A model generated the notes under the pieces. It saw only the letters and a list, made by a program, of their open reading frames with translations. It did no database searches and was not told the origin of the DNA. A stretch of DNA of 63,285 nt, counting the filler, from Chiloscyllium plagiosum (Eukaryota), in assembly GCF_004010195.1 (NCBI RefSeq). It is 4 parts of one record of this genome, joined end to end, with 100 filler letters (N's around TTAATTAATTAA, not from the genome) between each part and the next. Parts side by side here need not be neighbours in the genome. Positions count along the whole stretch, not along the records: positions 14,138 to 44,568 come from NC_057711.1; positions 44,669 to 52,274 come from NC_057711.1; 2 more parts are not named here. The stretch is one strand, 5' to 3'. Below are positions 34,716 to 48,265 of the stretch, one piece after another (positions within the stretch are counted from its first letter, which is position 1; each line of letters opens with the position of its first letter). Made by a program: the position numbers and the translations under genes.

Positions 34716-37590
34716 TGTCCCTGAATGAGGGAAGAGTAGCTGTCCTGTTTGTGTCTATTGTTGACCTTATTGGAAGTAGCATTATGTGAACATTGGGTCA
34801 GGACAGAATTCCCTTCCAGTTGAGTAACTCTTTACACTCACAGAGGAAGAATGAGCACTGGATAAAGTGGGACTCACTACTCATTAAACCATAATTGTGC
34901 AAGGAAGCATCGCAGGAGAGAACTGGAATGGAAACAGATAAATGAAATCATTGACGAGAATGTTTGGGCAGGAATCCTCCAGTCCCAGTACGGTCTGCTG
35001 GGATGTGGGAGATCCGGGAAAATAGCAGGAAGCTGCCCTCAGACTCCTGCCTGATGTAGCCCTTCCACCCAAGAGGGTTCTAGCAGTGAGACCGGGTGAG
35101 AATGAGACCCTGCCAAATGAAAGGAGACGGACAATTAAAATGAAGGAAGGGCCTGGCAAATGGTGATTTCCCCAGGCAGTCGGCATTTTGCAGGAGCTAA
35201 CCCCCCCACATGGGGAAGTGGCTGGATTCCTGTAGGCAGCCTCCCTTCTTCCAATGAGAGGGACATTGGAGCATGTAGCCTCCACCTCAAAACAGGGCGG
35301 AGCCACAATGGAAAGGCCATCCCGTGGTCCCCAATGGACCGCCTTTTGGGCCCTCTCTGAGGGAGCTTCTGTCTTGAGATGTCTTCTTAATCTCCAACTA
35401 ACGTCAGCAGTAACCTTTGATATTGTTCCTCTCCTAAAGAACTGTTTCCAGTTCCAAAAGACTGTGTCTGACGCGAGTCAAAATGGTTACTGGCAGCTTA
35501 TTATTTGACTACAGGAGACATAAAAACCAAATAAAATCCTTTTCTCACCAACTGTGAGGTAAACAGTAATGAGAAATGTACCTGGTTTCGCACCCCACTC
35601 AGACCGAGTTTGCTAATTCACCTGTTCCAAGATGTTATCACACACCTATGGAGAAGGTAGCACCTCTGGTCCAGGGGTAGGGTCACTACCTCTGCACCAC
35701 AAGATACCTGCACTGGTCTCTGTACCGTACTAACTGGAACACCTCCACTCTCACTAACAGTTTCATGACTTGCTTGGTTATAGGAGAATATTTCACTTTG
35801 AACACATTAACAGGTAAAGGATACAAACTCACAGATTTTAATCAGTGTGAAGCAGCTCCAAGTATAAACTTGATAAAGTCTACGGTCAAACTAAAGATAC
35901 CAGGAGTGTCATAGTGTCAGAAGTTTAACAACTGCTCATGGATTGAAAGAAGCAGCAATAACTCTGCCTGGAATAAGCAGTGATGGGTCAAGAACAAATG
36001 TATCGAGGAATTGAAAGCAATTAGCTATGTTTGGGAGAAGGAGTCAAAGCTACATGAACAATACTGTCTTTACAATCGCTTGATAAATAGCTGCCTTATG
36101 CTGCAAGAACTGACTGCCTGCAAAAGGATTAAGGAGTTAACTGCAGGCAAGTTGGTCTTTAAACAGAAAGTCAACGTCAAATGTAACAAGGAACAGGGAA
36201 GCTACTTCTGATAAGGCAGCATGCTACAGACTCAATAGCTCCAGAGTAGCATCCCATATTTTGGATGAAAGAAACTAAAAGATTGTCAGTAATGTTATAA
36301 ACCTGGAGGTCAGAAAACTGTTACAAACATTCAACTCCAGAAACCATCAGCAGCAGAACTTCGAAGTACAACACTGTATCAGGATCAAAGCCCGGACACC
36401 TCTAGAGACAGACCCGTTGGTTGGAATCATAACTAAATTCCACCATTAACTAGGTAATAGCTAAGTTGGGTTGTGAGGCTTAATTTGCTCACTTGAGGGG
36501 TGGCTACATGCAGTAATGTTTAACTAATTGTTTGAGTATTTGGATGTCTGTGAGATTTCATAGCAAGTGGCCAAACTCAAGGTAGTTTGTCGCAATTTAC
36601 CCATAACAGGAGACAATGAGTAAAGACTAATTTTTTTTGAGAGGGGGGTTGTGGGATTTAAAGGGCAAGTAAAGTCTGGAGTTGGAAGAAGAAAAACTGC
36701 ACAAAGATCAGAAGATTTCAGCTCCATTTAACTCCGTAACCATTAATCTCACAATGGAATCACTGCTGTCGTCAGCTGAATATGCCAGACTAATATTCAT
36801 CATGCTGCTACAAATTCACAGCGTTACATTCCATCCAGAAGACTGCATTGTGGAAAACAACTGATCCCAAGTAGTGCAGAGTTGCAGCCTGCCACACTGA
36901 GGGAGAAACTCCTTCCTGTCAATAATTTTCATGAAAAAGTCAGCCTTAGCAAAATAAAAACCAGTCCATGCATTCTTTAAACAAAAAATCCAGAGAATTG
37001 AAAATTAATGGGCATACAATCCTGTGGGATCTGCTCACTTAAATTCTTGATATGCAGCTTTCTGTGTTGGAGCATATGTTTGCCCTGGCTGATTTCTACA
37101 AGACTCAGGCACTGAAAGCTTAACATTAGAAAATGTTTCAATTCCTGATTCTGGTATCACTCACCCTAAAGGGATGAACAATTCACAAACGAAAACTGAA
37201 GAACTGACATTGGAAGTTGAACTATAGCATATGGCTTGAATCTTTCCATTCAGAGCTCTTACTTTAAAAGACTTTATCTGTTTTAAGTCCAGGACTTCAC
37301 ATCAAGCATGGTTTTAAAGTCTAGACTGTAGAGTTCCTGTCAGGCCTGGAATGTGCCTGCTCTTTCAGTCTGGCAGAACAACTCAAAACAACCACTGACT
37401 TGTGAAGGGCAGTGCAGTGACTGTAATGAGGTCAGCCAGGTGGACCTCCTAGAAGATGAGTTCCCTGATTGGGGCTGTTAACCTGGTACAATCAGAAAAT
37501 CCCTGGCTGACTGATATAAACAGGAGATTCAGAGTCCCCTCAATTTAGGGAATTGACTTTGTGTTGGCTGGTGCTACAGTTAGTATGTTT

Positions 37591-37912
37591 TAGATTAGAT
37601 TAGATTACATTACATTACAGTGTGGAAACAGGCCCTTCGGCCCAACAAGTCCACACCGACCCGCTGAAGCGCAACCCATCCATATCCCTATATTTACCCT
37701 TTACCTAATACTACGGGCAATTTAGCATGGCCAATTCACCTGACCTGCACATCTTTGGACTGTGGGAGGAAACCGGAGCACCCGGAGCAAACCCACGCAG
37801 ACACGGGGAGAATGTGCAAACTCCACACAGTCAGTCGCCTGAGGTGGGAATTGAACCCGGGTCTCTGGCGCTGTGAGGCAGCAGTGCTAACCACTGTGCC
37901 ACCGTGCCGCCC
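37591..37912 (-). mobile_element. HE1 SINE, full length
   Basis: Near-identical to 24807-25136. Confidence 0.94.
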
Positions 37913-38180
37913 ACTACTGTGAGTTTCTGCTTCCCTTCTTTTCTGGGGGGGGGGGGGGCAGGGAAACCTGATTTCTGAACTGGCTGAATTATTTAGCCAG
38001 TTTGTTAACTGGCATTCCTTTTACTGAGGACGATTGTTAAACTCCTGGTGCACATACTGTGTTTCAGGTGTAATTCAGTTCTCATTAGGGAACTGGTTAT
38101 AGCCTGTGTGTTACTCTTTTTTTTCTTTTTACTTTTTGAGGAAAGGACAATATTAACTTTTTGGTAGGGCTTAGCCATTT

Positions 38181-38411
38181 GAGCTGGAAATGTGTTGCTG
38201 GAAAAGCGCAGCAGGTCAGGCAGCATCCAGGGAACAGGAGAATCGACGTTTCGGGCATAAGCCCTTCTTCAGGAAGAAGGGCTTCCTGAAGAAGGGCTTA
38301 TGCCCGAAACGTCGATTCTCCTGTTCCCTGGATGCTGCCTGACCTGCTGCGCTTTTCCAGCAACACATTTCCAGCTCTGATCTCCAGCATCTGCAGACCT
38401 CACTTTCTCCC
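38181..38411. mobile_element. Penelope pLTR fold-back insertion (family B), young
   Basis: Perfect 96-bp inverted repeat 38181-38276 / 38282-38377 with a 5-nt spacer. Flanking repeat cttagcc(a/c)tttga (38170-38182, 38412-38424). Confidence 0.9.
38282..38318 (+). ncRNA. Minimal hammerhead ribozyme motif (mirror copy on the minus strand at 38240-38276)
   Basis: CUGAAGA-A-GGGC(UUAU)GCCC-GAAA-C-GUC; palindromic stem III ACGU; short stem I UC/GA. Confidence 0.72.
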
Positions 38412-39970
38412 CTTAGCCCTTTGACTCTAGTTTTCTTTGTTTTTTATGTGTGTCTTTTTATTGGTGTTTGTACTGAGCCCTGTGGAAGACATACATTTTA
38501 CCAGAGGAGCTGTTCCTGGGACTGGGCCTGTGAAGATTGAACACCTGTGTGTGTGCTGGGAGGTGAGTAGTTGCTGTATCCTGGAGTTTGGGAGAAGACC
38601 TTTCCTTCAGGAGTGGACCAAACCCCTGTGAGTTAACTGCACCTGTACAATCTACTGTTCCTGTGAGTGGCCTGGTTTTCCAAGGCTGGGCCAGGACTCT
38701 ATGAAGACTGAACACCTGTGCTGTGGGGTGTGTATTTGCTGCCTTTGGGAGAGGACTCTGGCCTTGGTTGTGGACCCTGTTTTTTTTTTAGCAGTGGACT
38801 CTGCTGTTTGGAGTAGACTCCATTTTGGACAATGCACCTTGTTAACTGGAGTGGACTCCATTCCTGGGAATGGACTCTATATTTTGAAGACTCTATATAT
38901 TTGGACTGTGGACCAGAAAGGACTGTTTTTATGTAATTAACTGTTTCGTGGTGTTTGGGTCTATCACCTGTACTGTCTTGTGTGACCCTGGGTCTGGCAG
39001 GCCTTGCTGTGAGCTGGGAGGCTCATGGGTCGTCCTGAAAGCTGTCACCTCGAGAGCCAGAGGGCAGGTAGGCCATCCTGTGAACCTGAAGGTTGGTAGG
39101 CTGTCCTGAAAGCTGGACGGTGGGTAGGCCACCCTGATGCCAGTCACCCTGAGACCCAGATGATGGCTAGGCCGTTCTGAGCACTGTCGTTCCGAGAAGG
39201 GGTAATCGGGACAGGCTGTCCTAGAGGTGGTCGGAAGGTGTGTCAGAGCAGCCGAGAGCCAGAAGGCATGTAGGGTCAGGCTGAGATCCGGAAGGCTTGT
39301 GGGCTCCCCTGCACGCTGCCATCCCAGGGGAAGGGGATGGGCTGTCCTAGAGGTGGTCGGAAGGTGTGGCAGGATAGCCCATTGGTCAGATGGTGCATTG
39401 GGGTGGGTAAAATCAATGGTACGTAGGGGCAGACAGAGCCAGAAGCTGGGTAGCTGTCCTCAGCACTGTCACCCCAGGCGGGTACTGGGCAGGCTGCCCA
39501 GAGGTGGCCGAAAGGTGTCCGGGTGGACCGAGAACCGGAAGGAGCATGGGGTGGACTGAGAGCCGGAAGGTGTGTAGGGGTGGGCTGCCTTAGAGTGGCC
39601 AGAAGGTGGGAAGGCCAGGGGCTTGCTGGGTCTGTATTGTCTGCACTTTCCTATGTAACAGGACTGTCACATGTACAAATGTCATTGTTGTCTTTCATTC
39701 ATATTTGAAACTGGGATTTGAGGTTTGTCCTCATCACCCGGTAAACTGGTTGAACGGTAGGGTTTGGGGCCTGGCTTTGCTGCTCCTCTCCCCTGTAAAG
39801 TTGTTGATAACAGCTGTAAATGTTAACTTTTTCTTTTGTAATCGTTTAATAAAATAAAAAAAAACCCCACAGTATCCTCCAACTCTATTTCAATTTGATC
39901 CTACTCTCCTTTCACTTTTCCTTTGATGCAGACATTGCCCCCTGGGGGCTCTGCTTGTCACTGGTGCCTT

Positions 39971-40186
39971 AGAGACAAACAAACAAACTGCAGATGTTGG
40001 AATCCATGGGAGACAAACAGGAGACTGGAAGAACACAGCAAGCCAGGCAGCATCAGGTGGAGATGGAGAAGTCAATGTTTCGGGTATTAACCCTTCAGGC
40101 CTGAGGAAGGATTATATCCAAAATGTTGACTTCTCCACCTTCTGCTGTTGCCTGGCTTGCTGTGTTCTCCCAGCCTCTTACCTGTC
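39971..40186. mobile_element. Penelope pLTR fold-back insertion (family D)
   Basis: Inverted arms gaacacagcaagccaggcagca / tgttgcctggcttgctgtgttc; same family as ~5388-5475. Confidence 0.72.
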
Positions 40187-41090
40187 AATGGTTTCTTGGT
40201 CACATGGATGTTTTTCCTGGTGTGTAATTATTTAGTTCACACACCTGGTGTTTTCACTGTTTTGCAGCTGCCTACATACACATGTGCACACCCACCCATA
40301 TATGATGGGTGCTGGGGACAATAAGCATACCTGCTGTATTGTAATAAAGAAAAACACAAAATAGAAGGGGGGGAAACAGACTTCATCTCCTCCAGAGATT
40401 AGATTTTTAAAAAAACACAGGAATACCTGTAATGGCATGGTGCCCTTGTATGAAAGCATAGGTTTTTGTAAACACGAAGCTATGGGTTTAATCCCCACTT
40501 TTGATCCTCAAGAACAGGAGGGTCACACCTGAGTGAGCCAGGCCAGTGTCAAGGACTCTCCATGTGTAGATAAAGGGCAACTTGGTGACAGGATACTGGC
40601 CCCTGGGGAGTTACTTTCAGAAGTATACCTTAAGTGAATACCACCGTCACTTGAATACAAGCTCGGGAACAGAAGTGTCGACTGTTATTGAGTCAGGTAA
40701 CTCACTCAAATTAAGTTACTCTAATGTCAGCTTAACAGTTGTTAACATTTAACTGGACATGCTTCAGCAGAAGCAGCAGTTAATTGCTAATCATTTCTGA
40801 ACTTAGTTGGGAACAACAGACTGAATTCTGAACCTTTCTTTTGTAAGAAACTCTTACAGCCCTATTCCTATCATCACAATCGTTATCTGCATTTTGTTAA
40901 AATCGACTCAACAGACAACTGGAGGCACATGGCAGGGCCAGATATTAAAATTTAGATGATGCTTTAGGTATAAGAGCTTTTCTGATGCAATGGTAGTGTC
41001 CCTATGTCTAAACTAGGTGACCCAGGTCAAGTCTCACGTGCTCATGAGGTGTGTCATAACTCATCTGAGCAAACTGATTAGAAAATAAAC

Positions 41091-42053
41091 AAGGGAGAAA
41101 GTTACTGCAGATACTGGAACCTGTACTGAAAACATCAAATACTGAAGATCACAGCGGATCGGAAAGCATCCATAGAGAAAGCTGAATTTTCCAGTCGAGA
41201 AAATTCTTCATCAGAGCTGCGGTGGAGGGGACACTATTTATGCTATAGTGAGGGGGGGATGGGGGGTCTCGTGGGTGAAGGATGATGGGGGATGAGAATG
41301 TGAGAATGGCAGAACAATGGTGCACCTCCTCTTCCATGTAACCACCAAAGGTGCGTCATCTGCTCCTCCAGCTCCTCCCGGCCACTACCAAGGTCCGAAA
41401 CGGTTTTCCCAAGTGAAGCAGCATATCACCTGCACCTCCTCCAGCCTTGTGTATTGTATTCGCTGCACCCAATGTCACCTACTCTACACTGGAGACACCA
41501 AATGCAGACTGGGTGACCACTTTGCAGATCACCTCCAGTCTGTGCACAGGCATGACCCTGAGCTTCCTGTAACCGGTCATTTTAACACAGCATCCTGCTC
41601 TCATTCAGACGTCTGTCCTCGGCAAGCTGCAGTGTTCCAGTGACTCCCAGTACAAACTGGAGGAACAACATCTCATCTTCAGACTGGGCACTTTACAGCC
41701 TTCTGGACGTAATATTGAGTTCAACAGCTTCAAATTATGAACAAATTCCCATCTTTTCCCTTTCTTTTAGCTTGTTACATTCTGTTTTTATGTCCTCTCT
41801 CCCCTCCCCCCACCCCAGTGCGACTGTCTGCCTTTCTCACATTCCAATCACTTCATCTGAACCATCAACATCTTTTCTCCCCCAGCACCACACTACCCTC
41901 ACCAACCCCACCCCCACCACTGCAGCATAAATGCTGCCCCCTCTACACTTCATGACAGCTCTGATGAAGAGACATCTAGACTCAAAACATTAGCTTGCTC
42001 TCTCTCTACCGATCCTGTCTGACCTGCTGTGATCTCCAGTGTTGGTCGTTTCC
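41091..42053 (+). mobile_element. 5'-truncated Penelope-like element: inverted pLTR, GIY-YIG remnant, 3' pLTR
   Basis: ORF 41317..41643 ITCTSSSLVYCIRCTQCHLLYTGDTKCRLGDHFADHL. pLTR ~41955-42050, mirrored at ~41100-41220. 11-bp duplication agaaaataaac (41080-41090, 42054-42064). Confidence 0.92.
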
Positions 42054-42574
42054 AGAAAATAAACGATGTTTTCAACATGGCATCTCCTTGTTTGGAGAAT
42101 GGTTGTTATCTTGCGAAAGCAGGGTTCAACTCCCCAGTCAGGAGTGGCTGATTGCTGTGATGGGTTCTGTGTAAATAACAAGGTTTTGGGCTAAAGGCCA
42201 TGACTGGATGATGGCGGAGACTAAAAGATAACATGTATTGTTGATATTTTCTTATCAAACTCTTCAGGGGTGTTATTAAACACCTCGGGAGTAGTTGGGA
42301 CTTGAACCTTCTTGTTATTTGAGTGAAGCCTGGCCAAGCATCTCTACAACAACAACCTCAGCCATTCCCATTTCTGCTTCTCCACTTCCAGAAATCCCAA
42401 CTAGTCTAATTCCCACTCAGTCTATCAGTCAGGTGGTTCATGCACTTGTTTGACCAATTGCTTGCTGGTGGCAATTTGACCAATCGCAGCAGTGTGGTGC
42501 TGATGGGATCTACCCAGTGCAATCCTGAGTGATAAGGTCATCTGACTTCAAGTTCTCTTTTGGGTTTGAGCACA

Positions 42575-43065
42575 TGATGAGTGATACAATGCAGCAACAG
42601 ACCCTTTGGTCCAACTTGTCCATGCCGACCAGCTATCCTAACCTAATCTAGTCACATTTGCCAACAGTTGGCCCATATCCCGCTAAACCCTTCCTATTCA
42701 TGTCCCCCCAGATACCTTTTAAATGTTGTCATTGTACCAGTCTCCACCACTTCCTCTGGCAGGTCATCCCCTACCCGTACCACCCTCTGTGTGAAAAAGT
42801 TGTCCCTTATGTCCATTTTAAATCTTCCCCCCCTCACCCTAAACCTATGCCCCTCTAGTTTTGGACTCTCCCACTCTGGGGAAAAAGATCACCCTGTCCA
42901 TGTCCCTCATGATTTTACAAGGTCACCCCTCAGCCTCCGATGGTCCAGGGAAAACAGCCCCAGCCTGTTCAGCTCCACCCTATTACTCAAACCCTCCAAC
43001 CCTGGCAACATCCTTGCAAATCTTTTTAGAACCCTTTCAAGTTTCACAACATCCTTCCGATAGCA
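42575..43065 (-). mobile_element. CR1 LINE 3' fragment
   Basis: YRKDVVKLERVLKRFARMLPGLEGL...RRLRGDL. Confidence 0.88.
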
Positions 43066-44416
43066 GTACATAGTCCAGGTTGATTGAGGAACCAATTCCA
43101 TTAAGCCATTCGGTGATGATCAATGTGTTCTCCAAAGTAACCATCTTCCTTCAATCAACATCACCAAAACTAATTTGGCTGTTGGTCCATTGCATGTGAT
43201 AAAATGTTCTGCTACTTTTGTCTATATAACAGGGGTGACCTCACTTGAAATTAATCCACTCAATTTTGATGTGAGTATTTCGATGTAAATCTTTAATACA
43301 CACATTAACTCCAGTTTTGTTCACACCTTGGCCATTGGAACTTAAGAGTCAAGCTTCTATTGTACCAAGTTTAGTATGTTGACGGATTTATAATGTACAA
43401 AAGCAAATTATAATATAATTTGGATGGGCTCTGGGTAAATGTAGATTGTACATTTTCCAGAGATAAAACTGCTGCCAAAAAATCTCACCCCAGCATGGAA
43501 GGTATATGATTATCAGGAGTGATTACACACCTTCTGTTCAATAAAACATCATTTGATTCCATTCAGGTATTATTTATCCTTGGGCAAAATTCTGCAGGTC
43601 AAATAAAACAAGCCCAGCATTCCTGAACAAGTTTGTGAAATGTAGTTCCAAAACAATTGGAGTCAGATTTGTCTCAGCTCACTTCATTGGAAAAAAAAGC
43701 CTTGCTTTATTTTGAATTGTTTTCAATTCTCCCCTATGGATCTCACAATACATTATCTCTTCAAACCAACATAACTTAGAGCAAGTGACTGTATTTGGCC
43801 TTCACAAATTCACACATTTCTAGCACATTATCTATTTGACCTTGTGAAGTCTTGCTTTAGGAAATGTTCATTATCAATTGAACAAGTTGATGGTCTATGT
43901 AGCAGGCGCTTTCTTGCCTGGATTAAGTGATACAGATGTCACTTAGATCTTTCACTCCAATAATTACATGATTCCGGAGCTGCCAACGCTCGGTCCAGGA
44001 TAGCTCCATGTAGTGTCTTTATTTGTCCTGATGTTGAAAGAGTGTGTTTGTTATGAGGCTGTGCTGAACACAGGCACTATCTGCATTGGAAACCATGGGG
44101 TGGGGAGAAAGCCTACAGTTCCACTCCTGATTTCAGTCATGGGTAACCCTTACAACAAATCATTCCAAAGGAGAATTCTCTTTCTTGTTTTGGAGTGGCC
44201 GTGTCATCAAAATCAAAATAGAATCTTTCCTACATTTTTCAAACACACTTTGTATGGAACCTTGATGCCACGGGTAGTCCTAACAGAAGCAAGGTGCTTC
44301 CAACATTGTCGCTCTGTAACATCAACATCATAATCCATGGGGAAGTGACATAATATCACCACCACATTAGATAACGCCTACATCGCTCTGTAGTGTCCTT
44401 CTGGAAGAAATCTTTG

Positions 44417-44568
44417 AGGAGAAAGTGAGGTCTGCAGATGCTGGAGATCAGAGCTGAAAATGTGTTGCTGGAAAAGCGCAGCAGGTCAGGCAGCATCCAG
44501 GGAACAGGAGAATCGACGTTTCGGGCATAAGCCCTTCTTCAGGAATGAGGAAAGTTTGTCCAGCAGGC
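44417..44568 (-). mobile_element. Penelope pLTR (family B), running into a gap, with an intact hammerhead core on the minus strand
   Basis: Reverse complement of 38284-38411; the minus strand reads cugaagaagggcuuaugcccgaaacguc. Confidence 0.82.
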
Positions 44569-45004
44569 NNNNNNNNNNNNNNNNNNNNNNNNNNNNNNNN
44601 NNNNNNNNNNNNTTAATTAATTAANNNNNNNNNNNNNNNNNNNNNNNNNNNNNNNNNNNNNNNNNNNNCCATGCTGCAAGTTCACCCACCTTATTCTGGA
44701 TGCTCCTGATGTTAAAGTAGACACACTTCAAACCATCTTCCTGCCTGCCAGTACACTCTCGCAACCTTGAAACGTTATTTCCCACCTCGCTACTCTCATC
44801 CTGCTGGACACTGGAACTTCAATTTAGATTCCCATTCTCTTGCTGAATTAACTTAAATGCTCCCTTTGATGAATTCTTGATCTCCTGACTGCCCTGGGAT
44901 GCTACACCATATGTCAACTGTGGAATATGATGGAAAATTCACCAATCATCTGGGTTGAGCTTCAATCATTTTCAATATAACCAACATAGCACAGAGCAGT
45001 TCAT

Positions 45005-45410
45005 TTGATTCTGGATCAGTGGTGCTGGAAGAGCACAGCTTGGCTTTTGCCCGAAACGTCGATTTTGCCTGTCCTCGGATGCTGCCTGAATTGCTGTGCT
45101 CTTCCAGCACCACTGATCCAGAATCTGGTTTCCAGCATCTGCAGTCATTGTTTTTACCTCGTTGATTTTAACCCTACTGCGAATCCTCTTGCAAGGATGC
45201 CTGCCTTGAAGAAGTTTTCCTCTCCACCCCCACCCTCCTCTAGTTTATCTCTCCACGCTTCAGGCTCTCTGCCTTTATTCCTGATGAAGGGCTTTTGCCC
45301 GAAACGTCGATTTTGCCTGTCCTCGGATGCTGCCTGAATTGCTGTGCTCTTCCAGCACCACTGATCCAGAATCTGGTTTCCAGCATCTGCAGTCATTGTT
45401 TTTACCTCGT
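45005..45410 (+). mobile_element. Penelope-like insertion: short inverted piece plus two tandem pLTRs
   Basis: ~45042-45162 is repeated at ~45290-45410; 45007-45039 is an inverted copy. Hammerhead core ctgatgaagggcttttgcccgaaacgtc at 45281-45308. Confidence 0.85.
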
Positions 45411-45914
45411 TTTTGCCCTATGAAATGGCCTAGCAAGCCACTCAATTGTTCAAGATGGCGGCTCACGACCACCTTCTCAAGGGCAAATAGTGATGGGCTA
45501 TTAATGCTGGCCCAGCCAGCGACACCCAAGTTCCACAAATGAATAAAAAATAACCTGCATTTAAATAAAATAACAAGGACAATATGGGAGCCCTGTCCTC
45601 CCTCTATACCTTTCTGAGACTGCCTGGGAGTCATCCTTTCCCGCTTTGCCTGCATATATCGATGGCGTGACCATCTCCCTGTACACATGGTGTCCTCTGC
45701 CTCATGGAAACTCAGACCCCCAGACACTGCACAATTTCCAAAGCTATAGCTCAATCTGGTGTAGCCAATATGTTTGTCTGGGACACATGGTATGTCCGTG
45801 AGTTCACATTTACTACATGATGTACCCTTTACTTGTTCCTGCGATGTTGCTATCCTGAAACTTTGAAAATTATTGTCAATTAACTATAAAAACTTCCTGG
45901 TTACAACTTTATAT

Positions 45915-47222
45915 GGAGTCAGAGAGTCATACAGCATGGAAACAGACCCTTCGGTCCAACCAGTCTATGCTGAGCACAGTCCAAAATTAAACTAGTCCCA
46001 CGTGCCTGGGTTAGTCCCTCCAAACATTTCCTGTTAATGTACTTGTCCAACTGTCTTTTAAAGTTGTAAATCTACTTGCATCCACCACTTCCTGTGAAAG
46101 TTCATTCCACACATAAACCACTCTCTTTGTAAGAAGTTGCCCCTCGTGTCTTAGAGTCGTAGACCCCTACAGCACGGAGACAGTCCCTTTGGCCCAAACT
46201 TGACCATGCCGCCCAAAATGTCCATCCACTCTAACTCCATTTATCTTCACATGGCCCATATCCTTCTAATCCGATCCTATCCATGTGTTTGTCTAAATGC
46301 CTTTTAAATGTTGTTAATGTACCCGCTTCAACCACTTCCACTGGCAGCTCATTCCATGTGCATACCACCATCTGTGTAAAAACGTTGCCCCTCAGGTTCC
46401 CTTTTATTCCTTCCATTCTAACCTTAAACTGATGCCCTCTAGTCCTCGATTCCCCAACCCTGGGAAAAAGACTGAATGCATTCACCCTATCTATGCCTCT
46501 CATGACCTTCTACACCTCTATGTCCCCCTCAGTCTCCTACACTCTAAAGAAAAAAGTCCTAGCATGTCCAACCTCTCCTTATAACTCCAACCTTTGAGTC
46601 CTGGCAACATCCTTGCAAATTTCTTCTGCACTCTTTCCAGTTTAATAACATCCTTCCTATAACAAGGTGACCAAAACTGAACACAATACTCCAAGTGTGG
46701 CCCCACCAACATCCTGTACAACCGCAACATAACTTGCCAACTTCTTTACTCAATGCCCTGACTAATGAAGGCCAGTGTGCTAAAGCCTTCTTCACTGTCC
46801 TGTCTACCTGTAACTCCACTTTCAGAGGACTGTGCACCTGAACTTCAAGGTCCATCTGTTCCACTACACTCCTTAAGGCCCTACCATTCAACATGAAACA
46901 TTTAAAAAAAATTTTCTTTCCACCTGAAAAAAAATGCCCCCTAGTTTTGAAATTCCCCCACTTTAGGGAAAAGACCTTCCATTTACCTTATCCATAACTC
47001 TCATGATTTTATAAACCTCTATAAGGTCACCCCTTCAACCTACTATGCTCCAGTGAAAAACAGTCCCAGCCTACCCAGTCTCTCCTTATGACTCAAATTG
47101 TCCATTCCCAGAAATATCCTGATAAATCTTTTCTGAACCCTTTCTAGCTTATTAATATCCTTCCTGTAACAGGGCGACCAGAACAGGACTCTAGAATAGG
47201 CCTCACCAACGTCCTGTACAAA
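45915..47222 (-). mobile_element. Two nested CR1 3' fragments (inner ~46152-46895)
   Basis: ORFs 46231, 46518 and 46559 carry CR1 C-terminal motifs; the outer copy resumes at ~46900. Confidence 0.88.
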
Positions 47223-48265
47223 ACAATAATAGCAAAGGAAATTACAATTCTTTTGACTTCATTTACTTTACTTTCTCTCTATCAGTGTTCCTTCCTGAAA
47301 TCCAATCAGCTGCTTTTTCTTCTTTGTAAATTATATTTGTTTCAGTTTTAAGCGAATTAGACTCACTCCCTGACAGCAGCTTCTCACCAACCAACTAACA
47401 ATTTCCTAAAAATTGCTGGCTCCTCTCTTGATATGAAAAGACTCCTGGCCCTCTGCACTCTTTTAAGATCCCCCCTGCGTTGGGCTGAGTATCTGATGCC
47501 TGTTTTTTTTTTCACCAGGACCATTTAAATAAAATAAGTGAGAAAATTACAAATAAATTAATCAGAATTTCCCAAAACTCTCTAGATTTGGGAATTGCAC
47601 CTTTGGATTCTAAACTCAAAAACTTTGCTCCATTACTTTAAAAATGAGGAACAGAGAAATTAGACAACATGCCAGTCTTGTATGGTATAGGGGGAAGGAG
47701 CAGAAGTCCACCATCAGGAAAAATACTGTCAGAAAGAATTTTCAAATATAGCCGGAACAGTTTCATTAATGTAACTTCCTATGTTTGATGTCATTGATTC
47801 CTTGTTGTTTGAATATTTTGGCCATCCATCCCAATCATTCATTGGAGGTTTATGCTTTCAGATTACTCCTTTAGAATTGATAACATTCCTAACTATTTAT
47901 ATAGCATGCTGCTGTTCATGCGCATGAAACTTGAGCAAATTGAATAAACATCTGGTTTAAGAGCTTTAATTTAATCAGATGCAATACCAGAAGTGTTATA
48001 TATCATGTATTTGGACAAAATAAATGCTCAAGCTAAGGCTGTAGTATCCTGAAAGTTCTGGGTCAAGTTATGTCCATTTTATTGGTGCAACTCCTCCTCA
48101 CAAAGCTGTTGATGCAGACAGGCCAGAAATGTCCTACACTAAGAGTTCCCATATGCCCAACCAGGAACAGATTAGAGAGAATCAAAGGCTGTTACAGACA
48201 ATGGGGAGAAGAGGAAACCAAGCCCTCAGAGTATAGGTGACCTATTTTCAGTGCCTGAATATTTG

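Noticed and set aside
36860..36925. Minus-strand GRSFSLSVAGCNSALL, loosely like CARM1 exon 2 GKQSFIITLGCNSVLI
   Set aside because: In-frame stop just upstream, no matching N-terminal half and no splice sites giving the expected exon; likely chance.
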